From positions 185,134,001 to 185,198,000 of the forward strand of contig NC_086097.1 of assembly GCF_963921235.1 (NCBI RefSeq): a stretch of DNA of 64,000 nucleotides, read 5' to 3'. Below, one piece after another: positions 24,490-38,604 of the stretch (within the stretch, counting starts at the first letter, position 1; the number at the start of each line of letters is the position of its first letter). This stretch comes from Mobula hypostoma. Taxonomy: Eukaryota. A model generated the notes under the pieces. It was not told where the DNA came from. It ran no database searches and was given only the letters and a program-made list of their open reading frames with translations. The position numbers were made by a program, and so were the translations under genes.

Positions 24490-25160
24490 CAAAGAATCGT
24501 ACAGTCTGGAAACAAGCCATATGGTCCAACTTGCCCATGCTGACCAGTGAGCATCCTTTCGTATTAATCCCATCGCTTGGCACTTGGTCAGTAGCCTTCA
24601 TGCCTATCGACTCATCAAAACACTTCTTAAATGGTATCAGCAACCCACTTTCACCCATCCTCTCAGGCAATGCTTTCCAGATACTGTACGAAGAAGGTTC
24701 CCTTTTATTTCCCCTCTAAATTTTTCTGCCCTTATCCTAAATCAATGGCCTCTAGTATTATCTAACTCTGATAAAACTCCCCTGCAGTCTCTTCTACAGT
24801 ACCTCTCATGATTTTATTTATGTTAATTGTGTCCCCTCTTAACCTCCTTTGCTTCAGTGAGAACAGACACAACTTTTCCAGTCTCTCCTCATAACTGAAC
24901 TAATTATTCCCAACCGATACCCTCATGAACATTCTCTGTAGGTTCATCAGTGATGCCATTTCTTTTCTAGGGCATGGTGATCAGAACAGCCTGTAACAAT
25001 CCGGCTGCAGTTTCACCAAGGTTTTAGAAAGCTGGAGCATGAACTCCCTACTTCTGAATTCAGTGCCCAGATTAATGATGGCAAGTATTCCATATGCCTT
25101 CCTAATCACAATATCTATATAGCCACTTTCAAGGATCTATGGATTTGTACTCCAAATAAT
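24490..25160 (-). mobile_element. Old CR1 3' fragment
   Basis: Diverged similarity to the minus-strand CR1 3' ends at 13040-13750. Confidence 0.6.
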
Positions 25161-25194
25161 AAAAACATTTACTCCCTCTGTACTTCAATCTATA

Positions 25195-26030
25195 GTTCAA
25201 TAGATTCAATAGGTACACTTAATGTCAGAGAAATGTATACAATATACATCCTGAAATTCTTTTTCTTCGCAAACATCATCAAAAACAGAGGAGTGCCCCA
25301 AAGAATGACTGACAGTTAAACGTTAGAACCCCAAAGCCTCCCCCAGCTCCCCCCTCCCACGTATAAGCAGCAGCAAGGCAATGACCCCCTCCCTCACCAG
25401 CAAAAAAAACATCAGCACCCTCCACTGAGCACTCAAGCGTACAGCAAAACAATCAATAAAGTCACAGACTTGCAGTGCCCCAAAGACTACTCATTCACCT
25501 GGTAATTTGACATACCACAGGCTCTCTTTCTCCCTAATAAGGGAAAAAAGACGTGTCCGTGTTTGACAGCAAAAGGGGAGATATAACAAACAACTCACTG
25601 ATTTACGATGTTAAAGGTCTGTTGCGTGGCTTTTTCCGAGCTCTGCGCCCAGAGAATCGGCCCTGGAAAGGCTCAGGTCTCTGGACACACATACCAGCAG
25701 CTAACCCGCTGCTCCCGATGTTCCATCTTTCCCACAACGCCTCAGTCAGGGGCACCGGCCTTGAATCAGCCTGCCTCCAGAGTCACGAAAATCCCGGCAC
25801 CCTGAAGGCATGCTAACCTTCCAAGTTCAATCCTTGAGATATCAAAAGGCGGCTGGTCATGAGGCCCTGAGAGCGGGACCCATTCCCGCAAAGAACCAAA
25901 GTCAGAGTGTGACTCCAGGTCAGGGTCTTCAAAAGAACCTTGAAAAGGTAAATAAAAGAGATATCAAAGATAGAAAGAAAGCTGTTTCCAAAGATGTAAG
26001 CAAAGGAGCCGCCATTTAGTACCATCTTGA
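25195..26030 (-). mobile_element. Non-coding, non-autonomous retroposon with Rex1-like tail
   Basis: Minus strand starts CAAGATGG and ends GAATTTCAGGATGTATATTGTATACATTTCTCTGACATTAA...(TATTGAA)n. The 3' half matches 42865-43207. Confidence 0.7.
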
Positions 26031-27659
26031 CTTTGCTTGGCCCTCCAAGTATAGTTACCCTGCTGCCTTCCTTGACTATTAGTTTATGGGTTTGAGGGCA
26101 TGAGTGGCAAGGCCATTGCTTGTTCCCTGTAGAGGACGGCATGTAGAACAAGCTAGGTAAACTGCTATAGATTCTCCAATGAAGCTTTTGGTATTCTGAA
26201 ACTGACTTTATCCTGGCAAGCAGAGACTATTTCATCACATTCCTAATTTTTGTTCTGTTTTGTTTTGTTTTTGTTTTGTGGTGGATGGAATTCAGAGAGT
26301 CAGGATTTTGAGCCACTACTGAATGTCTGACCAGAAATTGTATCTGATTCTTTTACGTTTCAGGGCAACGGTGACCCTTCAAGATGTTAACAGAGCAGTC
26401 AGTGATGATAATATCATTGGGTGTCAAAGGGAAGTGATCATTGTCAGGTACTTTTTTGATAACAGTGTTAGCGGCATCTGTCTCTATTTTAAATTTCTCC
26501 ACCTCTTCAAAGTGTGAAGAGAACTAAATGCTACCAAATCTTCAGTATTAATCATATTGTTGATTGCTCAATACACAGAGGCATGTTACGCCACGTAGAG
26601 AAAAATAAAGTTGATCACATCGCCGTGCTTTAGAATCATATCTAGGCCAGTCCAGGTGTGGATGACAGATTTCCTTCCCTTAAGCGTATTCGTGCAGCAG
26701 ATGGGTTTTATAACAGTCCAGAATGTCAACGTCAATGTCAATGTTGCAGATACTTTTAAAATACCCCAATTTCTTTAATTACTGGATTTCAAGTTCCCAA
26801 GATGATTAGCTAAGAAGGAAGCTTATGTCTTCAGATTATTGATCTCCTTCTGAGGGTGCAAATCCAGTGACATATAGAGAATTAACTCGAGTTGCATCAA
26901 TTGAAGAAAAATCCATGTTTACATGTCTACATTTTCATTGTAGAACAGCCGTACAGAAAGGTAAATTTCCCATTACAAAGCCATATCTGTTATGAGGCTA
27001 AGCCAAATGCATGTTAATTATTTGCATACTGTCAGTGTACAAAATGTTTAGAGTAAAACAATAGTTATCATGAAGCAAAGAGTAACACTTCTACTCCATT
27101 AGTGGTTCTGGCTTGGAATAGTTTGCCTAGCAGTTAGATGCAGTTTTGAATATTGTTTGAGAGGAGATTTAGATATAAACTTCAGGCAATGGAAAAACAT
27201 ATGATCCCAAGACAAGTGAAATCAGTGGGTAGGAGTCTACCTGTACAAAATGGATCCAAACATGTTCCATGTATGATTCTAAAGTTAAATGCATGCCATT
27301 CAAAGTAACTATCATTGCAGGCAGAAACAGTGGCAAGAGAAAAATAACTAAAAAATTAAATCAATTACCTTTCATCAAAACTGCCGCATGACTTGCTGAA
27401 TATTTTCTAATTTGTCTCAGCTTTTCATCATCTGCAGATGTTCATCTATGACATTGTTGCCGAAAAGCATTTTTTTCAAGGGTGTAGATGAGACTTTTAT
27501 AATCTGGCAGCATGAACAATTATAACATGAAATCTTGTATGCATTTTATATTTTGAACATTCTGGTCAGTGTAGAATTTTGCAACATCTCCAGTTACTGG
27601 ACTTTGGAGTAACAAAGATAAATACTCTAATGTCACTCCCGAGTTTGGATGCTGTGACC

Positions 27660-28040
27660 AGTTCAAAGGCTCAAAAAGGTTCAAAAGTTCAAAAGTTATT
27701 TTGCTATCAAAGTATACAACTCTGAATTTTTTCTCCACCAAATAGCCACAAAACCAAAAAAGATAAGAACGGCACCACGATTATGGAATAGGCATATCTA
27801 CCTCCAAACCTCCTTCTCCCGTACACAAATAAACAAGAAAGAGTGGGAGAAAACCACTGAGTATAAAAAACCCATAAGGCTGAAAAAAAGGTCCACAGTC
27901 CAAGTCCACATCCAAAATGCAGAAAACCTGGGCAACATTCTTCCTCTCCATAGCTGAACAATCTCACCAATGACAAAAAGGCACTCTCCGCTCTCCATAG
28001 CAGAGCCATCTCTCCAGCAACAAAAAAGCAGTCTCCCCTT
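27660..28040 (-). mobile_element. Non-coding retroposon fragment with (TTTGAAC)n-like tail
   Basis: GTTCAAA repeats at 27661-27693 and a Rex1-like tail motif. Confidence 0.55.
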
Positions 28041-31000
28041 TCTAGAAAACCATGAAATTCTTTGAGGGAAATGGAACAGAACATTTATCTTGGTTTTTGC
28101 GTAGACATTATTTGATAAAACTGAATGAAAGCTCCTTGCATTTTGATATTTTGCATTTAGTCAGAATTTAACCTAAATTTCAAAATAAATTGCTCTATAT
28201 TACTTTTTAATGCCTGATGTTAAATAAGTAATGTTAGCTTTCAGTTAATCGGCTTAAAAACATTCTTACTGATCAATTGATTGTGTCATCACCATTCCTT
28301 CTATAATCATAGACAAAATGGTCTATAATTAAGTAGTAAACATTGTAAAAGTCCAGATAAAGACACACATAATTAATTGAAACAAGACTTTATCAACTGA
28401 TTTTAGAATTACAAATTAGTGAATTACATATGACAGGCAAAAGGTAGACCAGGTATTATCTGATTCATCTGTTCTCGCAAAATAAAATTGCATGAAAATC
28501 ATTAATTGCTGATGGTTTTTTGTAATTTTTTTGCCCAATAAATAGCCATTCATTTTGGGTAAGTAAAATTCAATATGAATTTAATATCTGTATATTTTAA
28601 TAAAAACCTGAATGGGTTAGTAAAATGAGCACCATCTCTTTAAAAAAATTCTATTGATGCAATAGTGCATTGAGATCAGAATTAGACACCAAGAAATGAT
28701 ATTTCATATATCTACAGTTTTATTGCTCTACAGCAGGCTGTAAAAATGAATTTGTAAGACTCGATTCAACAATACTGCAGCCTGATTTAATTTCTCAATT
28801 TTGTATTATTGAATTTGTTCTTTAGCCTTTTCCACTTACTTTTCATTTTGTGCTACAGAATTAAGTTTGTAATATATTTTATTTCTACTGACCTAGGTTC
28901 CTGGTTTTCTGAATGAATATCATTACAGTAAAAATAAATTAGGAAAGGCCAAATCAAGAAAAGCTGTTCTAAGGAACTGTTTTGATATGGCTTTTGTTAG
29001 ACATTTCCTATCCTTATCTGGTTGCATTTGCACTGTAAGGCTGATGAACTTACGATGAGTTGAAATGCAGTGATATTTCTGCTGTTCTTTCCACAGTTCA
29101 TTGTGACTTTTTATCAGCAGCAGAAATAGAGGGAGACTGAATTAAACAGGAGCTGCTGAACTGGGATCTGCGATAACAATACAAATGGATTTTTTGGACA
29201 GAGAAAACAGCTGTCTCCATTATTAGAATGCTTCACCTTTCTCCATTCCATTAATTGCTTCTTTGATCACAGACTGAGGTGGAGAGGCCCTGATAAGGAA
29301 TAGGTTATTAGGAAAGTAGCCTGAAGGAATAAATCGGACCCACTACTTGCTGCAGCAGATGAGATAAACCCATAATGTTGGTGAATGTGAGTGGTAAGTA
29401 GCGATAGGGCTTCATTCTCTCCTGAACATCTTGCAAAGGAAGGAGAGCAACATAGCAACACTATGAAAGTTAATACAGGATATACATTTAGCTCTGAGGG
29501 ATAGATTTGGATAAGAATCCCATGAAGAATTTTTTTGCCCTTTGAATGGCTTAGGCTTTTTTTTATCAGACTGGGTTGCAATATTTTATAGAAATGGTTT
29601 CTGTATCATGTTGTATGTTAAGCACAACTGGAGGCTTTCAATAAAGAGAAGAAAATGACTGTTAAATTTGTCCTTCAAGACATTAATAACAGCTCTCTTT
29701 GAAGTGTGGTAAAGCTAAATTGCTGGAATTAAATTTGATTGAATCTAAGCCTGTTTATTCTTGATTTTTAGGGATCAAGTAATGCAGAATTTGTAATACT
29801 TTGCTGGAAATATTAAGAAACTCACTATCTTGTAATCCGTTCTGTCCATGAATGCTACTGGAGGGGACAAGCCATAGTGGTTTGTTGTTAATGTACTGGA
29901 AAGAGGTGCTATAGGGAAAACAGTTAATATTAAATTATGAATACAAGGTTATCTTCCTGCTGCACATGCTCCAGTGCCCTAGGCTGGAGTAATCTGTTAA
30001 TAGCATGCGATCAAAATTACACCATTAAGGAACTGAAGCTGCACATATTTTGCAGTCTGAGTGATGTAAAAAGCTCAGTTTTCCATCATTCAGGCTGCAG
30101 TTAATTATCTGTGGTGCTAAAAATTGATGTGGGGCATAAGTTAGAAAGAGCTAGTACTAAAGCACATGGCAAATGGCTGTAGGCAGGGACATAAGGACAT
30201 ACTTTTGATGACTAATCCCTCATGACATTGCACCAAATGTTACTCTTCTATTTAGTTTTGCATCAACCTCAAACACCTTAAGAAATCTCTTGTCTTGAAA
30301 AGGTATCTGAGATAAAATTTCTAATAAAGGGGCCTGCAGCAAGTAAAATGTACGCATCTATCATGTTTTCATCAATTGAACAAGATACATTTATAGTAAC
30401 CTGTATTGCAAAGCTCACTCCTCTCTTTTGTCATGTAGCTCAAAGTCAGATGCACAGACGCACACAGAATTGGTGGACAAATTATTGATTTTCACCAGCT
30501 CCTAACTTCACTGCTTGAATTCTCTGGACAGTTTACTGAATGTTTAGCTTTTCCTCTAATGATTTTGTTATACAGATTAGGCAGGTAAGTCTCCATTCGA
30601 TGCCTTACATTTGTTTGGGTTACTGAATGAAGAAGTATGGACTTATTGTAGATTTAATTTTCATGATTTAACAGCTTGCTGCCTTTCAGATATAGACTGG
30701 AGGTATAAATGCTCAAGGGTCCTCAGATGGAAGGGGCTTAGAGAGTGTCAATGCAATTCAAAAGTACCCTCTGATGTAATGCATTGGGGGTAACCTGCCC
30801 CTAGGGAGTGGCAGTGACTCCATATGGTATAAATCTAGAGTCCTTTCTCAGTATATCAACATTCCTATTCCCACTCTGGTTGTCCATTGGTCAGTTTCCC
30901 CAAAATGTTTTTACTCGTGAACTGCACAGAGCTTCTCCTGCCCATCTGAGTTCCTGTTAATGCTAAGATAGTTTTACAGAGTAAGGAAATAATTGCCTAG

Positions 31001-31169
31001 TCAAAGACATTTTCTAGTCATTGGTGAGCCAATGTTGGTGGAGGAATGTGTGAGGGGAAATAGTGCTGCATCACTTTTTGCAGATGGTTATTGCTTTACA
31101 CTAGCATGACATCATTTTGGCCAGTCCCTGGCCTGACTGACGGAAATGTTTATGGACTTTTTATATGAC

Positions 31170-31285
31170 ATCAAAGTTGAAAGGTCCAAAGTAAAGTTTA
31201 TTATCAAAGTACAGACATGTCACCACATACAACGCTGAGATTCTATTTCTTGCCGGCATACTCAGCAAGTCTATAGAATAGTAAC
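31170..31285 (-). mobile_element. Rex1-like LINE 3' tail
   Basis: Reverse complement matches the tail at 34715-34815. Confidence 0.7.
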
Positions 31286-31399
31286 ACCTCCTCCTTTTTC
31301 TCTTCCTTCTTCCTCCGCCACCTCCTGTTATGGTATGACAGACGTGCATTCCATATGGATTGGTCCTGATAAAATTTAAATTGGAGGGAGGCTTTTCAA

Positions 31400-31756
31400 A
31401 TTAGGTGTATAAGATGATGAGAGGCTTTGATCGTGTGGATAGTCAGAGGCTTTTTCCCAGGGCTGAAATGGTTGCCACAAAAGGGCACAGACTTAAGGTG
31501 CTTGGGAGTAGGTACAGAGGAGATGTTAGGAGTAAGTTTTTTACGCAGAGAGTGGTGAGTGTGTGGAATGGGCTGCCAGCAATGCTGGTGGAGGCGGATA
31601 CGGTAGGGTATTTTAAGAGTCTTTTGGATAGGTACATGGAGCTTAGAAAAATAGAGGGCTATAGGTAAGCCTTGTAATTTCTAAGGTAGGGACATGTTTG
31701 GCACAACTTTGTGGGCCAAAGGGCCTGTATTGTGCTGTAGGTTTTCTATGTTTCTA
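31400..31756 (+). mobile_element. CR1 3' end
   Basis: YKMMRGFDRVDSQRLFP...FFTQRVVSVWNGLP and TTTTCTATGTTTCTA tail. Confidence 0.9.
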
Positions 31757-31899
31757 ACCACACATCCAAACCTAACTAGAGCCATTCTTTTCCTCCTCCT
31801 CCAGTTTAATTTAACAACAGATATCTTGTCTTCAGAGCACTGTGATATTACATGGCCACAGAAAAAAAGCCTTGCAGCTCTGAAACCACAGTCATCGAG

Positions 31900-33890
31900 A
31901 TATGGATTTATAGAGATACAGCGTTATACAACATAGCAAAATTTCTTCAACTCACTATGTCCATGCCAAACTTTTTGTGCATCTGCACTAATCTAATATG
32001 TCTTCACTAGGACTGTATCCTTCCATGATTTACCTATTCAAATGCCCATTTAAAATCCCTCTCAGATATAACAATTGCATCTGATTCCACCACTTCTTCT
32101 GGCAGCATGTTTAACACTCTTTGTGGGAAAAAAACTTACCCCTCGGATCCCCTTTAAAATTCCCTCTTCTCACCTTGCACCAACGCATTCTTGTTTTTGA
32201 TACCCCCAACCAAGGGAGAGAGATTCTGACAATCTACACTATTTATCCTTCTTATAAGTTTTTAGTCCTTTATTAGGTCATCCATCATCCTTCTTTGTTC
32301 CTGGGAAGCAAGACAAGCTGATTTAATCTCACCCCGTAGCTAATGTTCTGTATCCAGAAAACATTCTGGTGAATCTCCACTGTACCCTCTTCAATGCTGT
32401 CGCATCATGTCTGGCAAGGATACCTCTTCTTTCATGTTTGTTTTCCCCTCCCACCTCATCTCTCCCTCCTTTGAAACACACAAATATAGAGAAATAGGAG
32501 CAGGAGAAGACAATTTGACTTCAAACCCACCCTCCTATTCAATATGATCATGGCAGATCTATGTCAATACTACATTACTGCTCTATCCTCACAGCCTTCA
32601 ATCAATTTAGATAGAAATCTACCTCCTTCTTCAATAAACTCAGCAACCTGACTTCCACTGCCTTCTGTGGTAGAGCTTTGCACATGTTCACTATCCCGTC
32701 ATGTAAAGAAATTCCATCTCATCTCATTCTTAAGTACCTTGACCAATATTCTGAAACTATAAACTTTGATTCTAAGCCTACCTTATGATGCAGCAAGCGT
32801 CCTTCTTACCTGTTCAGCAAAAGCCTCTCCGCCATTGTAGCAACGGTTTGACCTGTGTTGGGAACATTGCAGCCCCTCCTGTTTAGCTGACGACTTCACG
32901 GCATGGTAGAGTTTAACACCAGCCCACGGGAACCACACGCTCTCCGGTTGAAGTGAACCAGGTAGACGAGGGTGCCATGGAAACAGTAGACAGTGGGGGC
33001 ATGCTGCAGTGAAGAGAGCCCTGGCGCACACTTTAGATGAGTATTTGCCTCTGTGTGTATGTTTAATGTCTGTTTTGATCTGCCACTTTGGGCGTTCAGT
33101 TTAGGTAAGTATCTGTAATCAAATTTAGCTTGAAGGTTTACTGAATATTTAGTGTCTGCTTTGTCTTGTAAATAAATAGTTAACCAATACTTACTGGTAG
33201 TGAGGCTTTTCTGTCCCCTCTCACCGAACCTGCGAACCTGATCTTTAACTCTTCCTGCAAATAGTCTGTCAAAACCTAGCAGAATTTTGTGTAATTCAAT
33301 GAAATCTCTTCTCATCTTCCAAACTTTAGTGGATAACAGGTCCATTGACCCAATCTCTTCTCTTATGACAGTTCTTCCATCCCAGAAGTTGATTTGTTGA
33401 ACTTTTGTTACATTCTTCAATGGCAAGTATGTATTTGCTTACGTAAGGAGATTCAAAGCTGTACATAATATTCTGTGTGGTCTCACCACAGCCATAAACA
33501 ACTGGCATGAGACATCCTTGCTTGTGGATGCAAAATCTTTTTGCAGCAAAGCCTAATGTGCCCTTTGCTCACTTATCTTCATGTCTCATCCTTATGCTTG
33601 CTTTCCGCAAATTGAGTAGGAGGATTTTCTGGTTTCTACATAAGCCTTTTCCCATCTACTCCTACATATTCTGCCATTTTTTTTCATACAGAAGTGTATT
33701 GCAGTTAATCTGCAATATACATGCATATATTTGGCCATTCACTCAATATATCTAAATCTTCCTCCTCACAAATCAGAATCCTAATCTGATTTTTTCATAT
33801 TGGCAAACTTAGAAATATACATTCATTTCCCTCAACCACATTATTGATATACAGTATCTTCTGAACTCTGGCACAAAAACTGATCTCTGC
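31900..33890 (-). mobile_element. Old CR1 3' fragments (two), interrupted at about 32785-33250
   Basis: Diverged CR1 RT C-terminal peptides (MRRDFIELHKILLGFDRL). Confidence 0.6.
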
Positions 33891-34029
33891 AGTATGATGC
33901 TTATTTCAATCTTATGTCAATCTGTGATATCATTTTCTGAGGCAGGGATTAGAGGGTGAACCCATGGTAAACACCTGGCCCAAATGGGGTACGTGGGTGA
34001 GTGTTAAAGACCTGTTCATATTAACCAGC

Positions 34030-35490
34030 CAGTGTTCACCAATATCTTTAATCTCTCAATTTGACCAGTCTGAGGTATGCATCCTTTTCAAGCAGGCTTC
34101 AATTATACCACCATCTAAGGAAAACATAGTAATCAGCCTCAATGACTATTGTCCAGTAGCACTTAAATCCACTGTGATGAAATGCTTTGAGAGGTTGGAA
34201 ATCAAATATATCAACTCCTGCCTGAGAGGCATAATTGAAAACCTTGGCAAATTTCTATAGCTGTCTGGTGGAAAGTGTGCTGACTGGCTGCATTACGGCC
34301 TGGTATGGGAACACTAATGTCTTTGAGCAGAATATCCTACAAAAGGCAGTGGTTTCAGCCCAGTACATCACAGGTAAAACCTCCTCAACCATTGAGCACA
34401 TCTACATGAAACATTGACATAGAAAAGCAGCATCAATCATGAAAGATCCTCACCACCCAAACCATGCTCTTTTCTCACTGCTGCCATCAGGAGTAAGGTA
34501 CAAAAGCCTCAGGACTTGCACCACCAGGTTCAAGAACAGTTATTACCCCTCAACCATCAAGATCTTGAACAAAAAGGGATAGCTACACTCATTTAAGGAC
34601 TCTGCTATATTGTTACTTCGTGCTCATTATTTATTGCTACTTATTTATATCTGCATTTGCACAGTTTGTTTACAGTTAACAGTTCTTGATGTTTACAGAT
34701 TACAGTTACTGTTCTATAGATTTGTTAAGTATGCCTGCAGAAAAAGAATCTCAGGGTTGTATGTGGTGACATGTATGTACTCTGATAACAAATTTTACTT
34801 TGAGCTTTGAACTTTGACTTGGATCCACTCCATTTTACCTACCGTCACAACAGGTCAACAACAGGTGCTATCTCAATGGCTCTTCTCTCAATCCTGGAAC
34901 ATTTGGACAGCAAAGATGCATAGATCAGGATGCTCTTCATTGACTACAGCTCAGCATTCAAGACCAAGGAGATTATTATTGACTTTGGAAGGAGGAAACT
35001 GGAGGTCCATGAGGCAGTCTTCATCAGAAATTCAGAGGTGGAGAAGGTCAGCAACTTTAAATTCCTTGGTGTTACCTTTTCAGAGGACCTGTCCCGGGTC
35101 CAGCACATAAGTGCCATAATGAAGAAAGCATGTCAGCTACTTTCTTAAAAGTTTGTGTAGATATGTGTAAACTTTGACAAACTTATACAGAAGTATGATG
35201 GAGAGTACATTGTCTGGTTATGTCATGGCCTGGCAGAAAACATCAATGACTTTGTACGGAAAATCCCACAAAAAGTAGTGGATGCAGCCCAGTCCAGTAT
35301 GGGTAAAGCCCTCCCCACTATTGAGCACTTCTACACAGAGCACTGTTGCAGGAAAGCAGCATTCATCATCAAGGATCCCCACCATGGTCTCTTCTCACTG
35401 CTGCCATCAGGAAAAAGGTACGAGCCTCAGGAATCACACCACCCCAGGTTCAGGAACAGTTATTAACCCGCAACCATCAGGCTCTTGAAC
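34030..35490 (+). mobile_element. Two tandem internally deleted Rex1/Babar-like LINEs (34030-34818, 34815-35490)
   Basis: LNDYCPVALKSTVMKCFERL, TLANFYSCLVESVLTGCITAWYG, MLFIDYSSAF, FKFLGV, LLPSGKRY. Confidence 0.85.
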
Positions 35491-37375
35491 CATGAGCACC
35501 CGCAGGGGCTCCAGCTATGTCTGTCTCTGTGTTAACTATACAGAACAGTCCATATTCCAAGCTTCCCCTGGTAATGCACCCCAACTCTTCCTCGGCTACA
35601 TTGACAGCTGCATTGATGCTGCTTCATGCACCCATGCTGAGATCATCAATCTCATCAACTTTACCTCTAACTTTCACGCTGCCCTTAAGTTCACTTAGTC
35701 CATTTCTGACACCTCTCACTCCTTTTGTGATCACTCTGTCTCCATCTCTGGAAACAAACTGTTGACTGACACCTTTTAAAAACCTATTGATTCCCATTGT
35801 TATCTTCACTATACCTCCTCTTCCCACCCTGTCTCCTGTAAAACTGCTATTCCCTTTTTTAAATTCCTTTGTCTCCACTACATCTGTGACTTCCCTTTGC
35901 AGGACATCAGAGGTAGCCTTCTTCATCAAAGAATGGGGTTTCCCTTCCTCCACCATTGATGCTGCTCTCACTCACATCTCCTCCATTTCCCAAACTTCCG
36001 AGCTCACCCCATCTTCTCACCACCTTAAAGGCTGATTTATACTTCTGCGTCCAGTTGATGCCATAGGTTCGGCGTAGCCGCGAACCCTACGTAGTGCCTA
36101 TGCAGATCGCTATGCCGTAGCCTGACGCGCACCTCTCCCAAAATGTAACAACGCGTCGCGGCAATGCAGACCGCAACAACTGTGATTGGTCCGCTTGGTA
36201 GCATCACATTTCTTCCTACTCTGCAATAGCTTCCCATTGGGCAACTAAAAGGCAGGGAAGGAACTCCGGCTGCAATGCTTTCCATAAAGCTTTACAGACC
36301 TCCGAAATTATGGAGGACACATTTCACTTTTACCAAAAAAGACGCTCGCTTTAAACTTGTTTACCCCGAGAAAGACTACTAAGACCATAAAGCCTTGCAC
36401 GGGCAGGTGTGTGTGCATGTGTGACGTGCACAAATTGCAGAGCGATGCAGACACACCAACGCACAAGTATAAATGTTCACAACGGCGCTGCCCACTTGCG
36501 TAGGTTACGCCGCAAGCTTGACGCAGATGTATAAGTCAGCCTTAACAGTGATAGAGTCCCTCTTGTCCTTACCTACCACCCCATGAGCCTCCACATCCAA
36601 CAGATCATCCACCACAAGAAGCGCCATCTCCAAAGGGAACCTACCACACGTCTCACTGCCTTCTGCAGGGATTGCTCCCTCTGTGATTCTCTTGTCCAGT
36701 TGTCCCTCCCTACTCATCTCCTTCCTGGTACTTATCCCCACAAGTGGCCACAGTGCTACACTTGCCCATTCATCTCCTCCCTCACCTCCAACAGAGCCAC
36801 TAATTATCCTTTCAGGTGAGGCAATATTTCACGTGTGAATCTGCTGGGGTTGTCTATTGTGTCAGGTGCTCCCGATGCGGCCTCCTCTACATTGGTGAGA
36901 CTCATCGTAAATTCGGGGACCGCTTGATTGATTGAGCACCTCCGCTCCTTCTGACAAAGGTGGAACTTCCCAGTGGCCAAACATTTTAATTCCATGTCCC
37001 ATTCCCATCTGCTACGTTAGTCCTAGGCCTTCTCTTATGCCAAGATGAGGCCACACTCAGAGTGGAGGAGTAACATCATATATTCTGTTTGGGTAGCTTC
37101 CAACCTGATGACATGAATATCAATTTCTCCTTCAGGTAAAAAAAAGTATTCCCTCGCCTTTCCCTCTTTTTCTATTCCCCACTCTTGCCTCTTACCTCTT
37201 CTCACCTGCCTATCACCTCACCCTGGGCCTCCTTGTCCTTCCTTTTTATTCTGACATCTTACCCCTTCCTTTCAAGTCCTAGAGAAAGCTCTCGGCTCGA
37301 GACGTTGACTGTTTATTCATTTCCATAGATGCTGCCTGACCTGCTGAGTTCCTCCAGCATTTTGTGTGTGTTGCA
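35491..37375 (+). mobile_element. Penelope-like element (RT fragment + GIY-YIG endonuclease + 3' repeat), degraded
   Basis: GSSYVCL...YIDSCI (degraded YIDD). FTCESAGVVYCVRCSRCGLLYIGETH at about 36828-36905. 3' GATGCTGCCTGACCTGCTGAGTTCCTCCAGCATTTTGTG. Confidence 0.85.
36029..36542. mobile_element. PIF/Harbinger-type MITE (514 bp)
   Basis: TIRs AGGCTGATTTATACTTCTGCGTC / GACGCAGATGTATAAGTCAGCCT, TAA TSD at 36026-36028 and 36543-36545, no transposase. Confidence 0.9.
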
Positions 37376-37489
37376 AAGGAATCTCAGGTTCGAGTATGTT
37401 GACTTTAATGATAAATTTACTTTGAATATTGAACTATTAGTTTTAATAGTTAATGTTCAAAGTGATGAAAAAGGATATGATAGATCCAC

Positions 37490-38560
37490 AAACTAGGGTC
37501 CTAAAATAGAGCAGGACTAATTTGGGGGCATTAGGCAGCATCTAGGAGAGGTCAATTGAGTGAGCATTTTTAAAGGGAAAGAATCAAATAGCAAATAGGA
37601 GGATTTTACAAGTGTGATATCAAGTGTCCAGGAGCAGCAAGTTCCTTTTCAGATGAAGGGTAACCCTGGCAAGTTTAAGGAACCTTAGCTGATGAGAGAT
37701 ATTGATACTCTGATCAAGCAAAAGAAGACAGCAAACATTTGGTTTAGGAGGTTGGGGGCCAGTGAATCCCATGATCACTATAAACAAGATTAAGAATAGT
37801 TTTAAAAGGGAAATCAGGAGGGCAAAAAGAGGGTATGTGAGGGATCTGTCAGGAAACAATGAATAGGTTACATATGAAGAGTAAAAGGATGGCTAGGCAG
37901 AGGAGGGGTCCCCTAAGTGATCAGTAGTGCCACCTATGTCTGTAGTCACAGAAGACAGGTTGGATTTTAATGAAGATTTCTCCACGTTGTTTACTGAGAA
38001 GAAAATCATGGTTGCTGAAATCATGGGAACCTAGTGGAGGTGTTTTGGAGAATATTTGTATTGCCAGGGAGAAGTTATTTGCAGACTAATAGTCTGGTGG
38101 AATATTTCCTAGGGCTGACCAAGTACATTATTGAACTTTGTGGGAGGCTAGAGAAGAAATTGCAGAGGCCCTTGCAGAGATGTTTGCTTTATCATCAGCC
38201 ACTGATGTAGTTCCCGAGGACTGGATGGTGGCTAATGTAAGTTCTGTTGTTCAGAAAGGTAGCAAGGACAAGCCAAGCAGCCTGACTTCAGTTGTGGAGA
38301 AGTTACTGGAGGAACAAGATCGCCAGGCAATTTCATAGAGTCTTTCCAGCAAGGCATCAGTATGGCTTTGTGTAAGGAAAGTCGTACTTGATGAACCTTG
38401 CAGAGTTTTTTTCAAGAGGTAACCAGGAATGTAGTTGAGGATTAGGGCAGGAGATGTTGTCTATATGGTGATTGCAAAATTGGCTCGGGGTAGAAAAACA
38501 GAAGATGGTGACTGTGGAAGTCAGTGTTGGGGCTCCTTTTATTCATCATTTATGTAAACA
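37490..38560 (+). mobile_element. Old CR1 ORF2 fragment
   Basis: WEAREEIAEALAEMF...VPEDWMVANV. Confidence 0.8.
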
Positions 38561-38604
38561 ATTTTACATTGCAATTCATAATAAAAACTATAAATTATAA
38601 TAGG

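Noticed and set aside
21450..31150. Short ORFs from the ORF track as host genes
   Set aside because: 60-130 aa, no recognisable domains, consistent with chance ORFs or TE antisense frames.
32810..33030. Minus-strand protein-coding exon (CARALF...FAEQ)
   Set aside because: Weak acceptor, unrecognisable peptide, no neighbouring exons, and it lies within a TE remnant.
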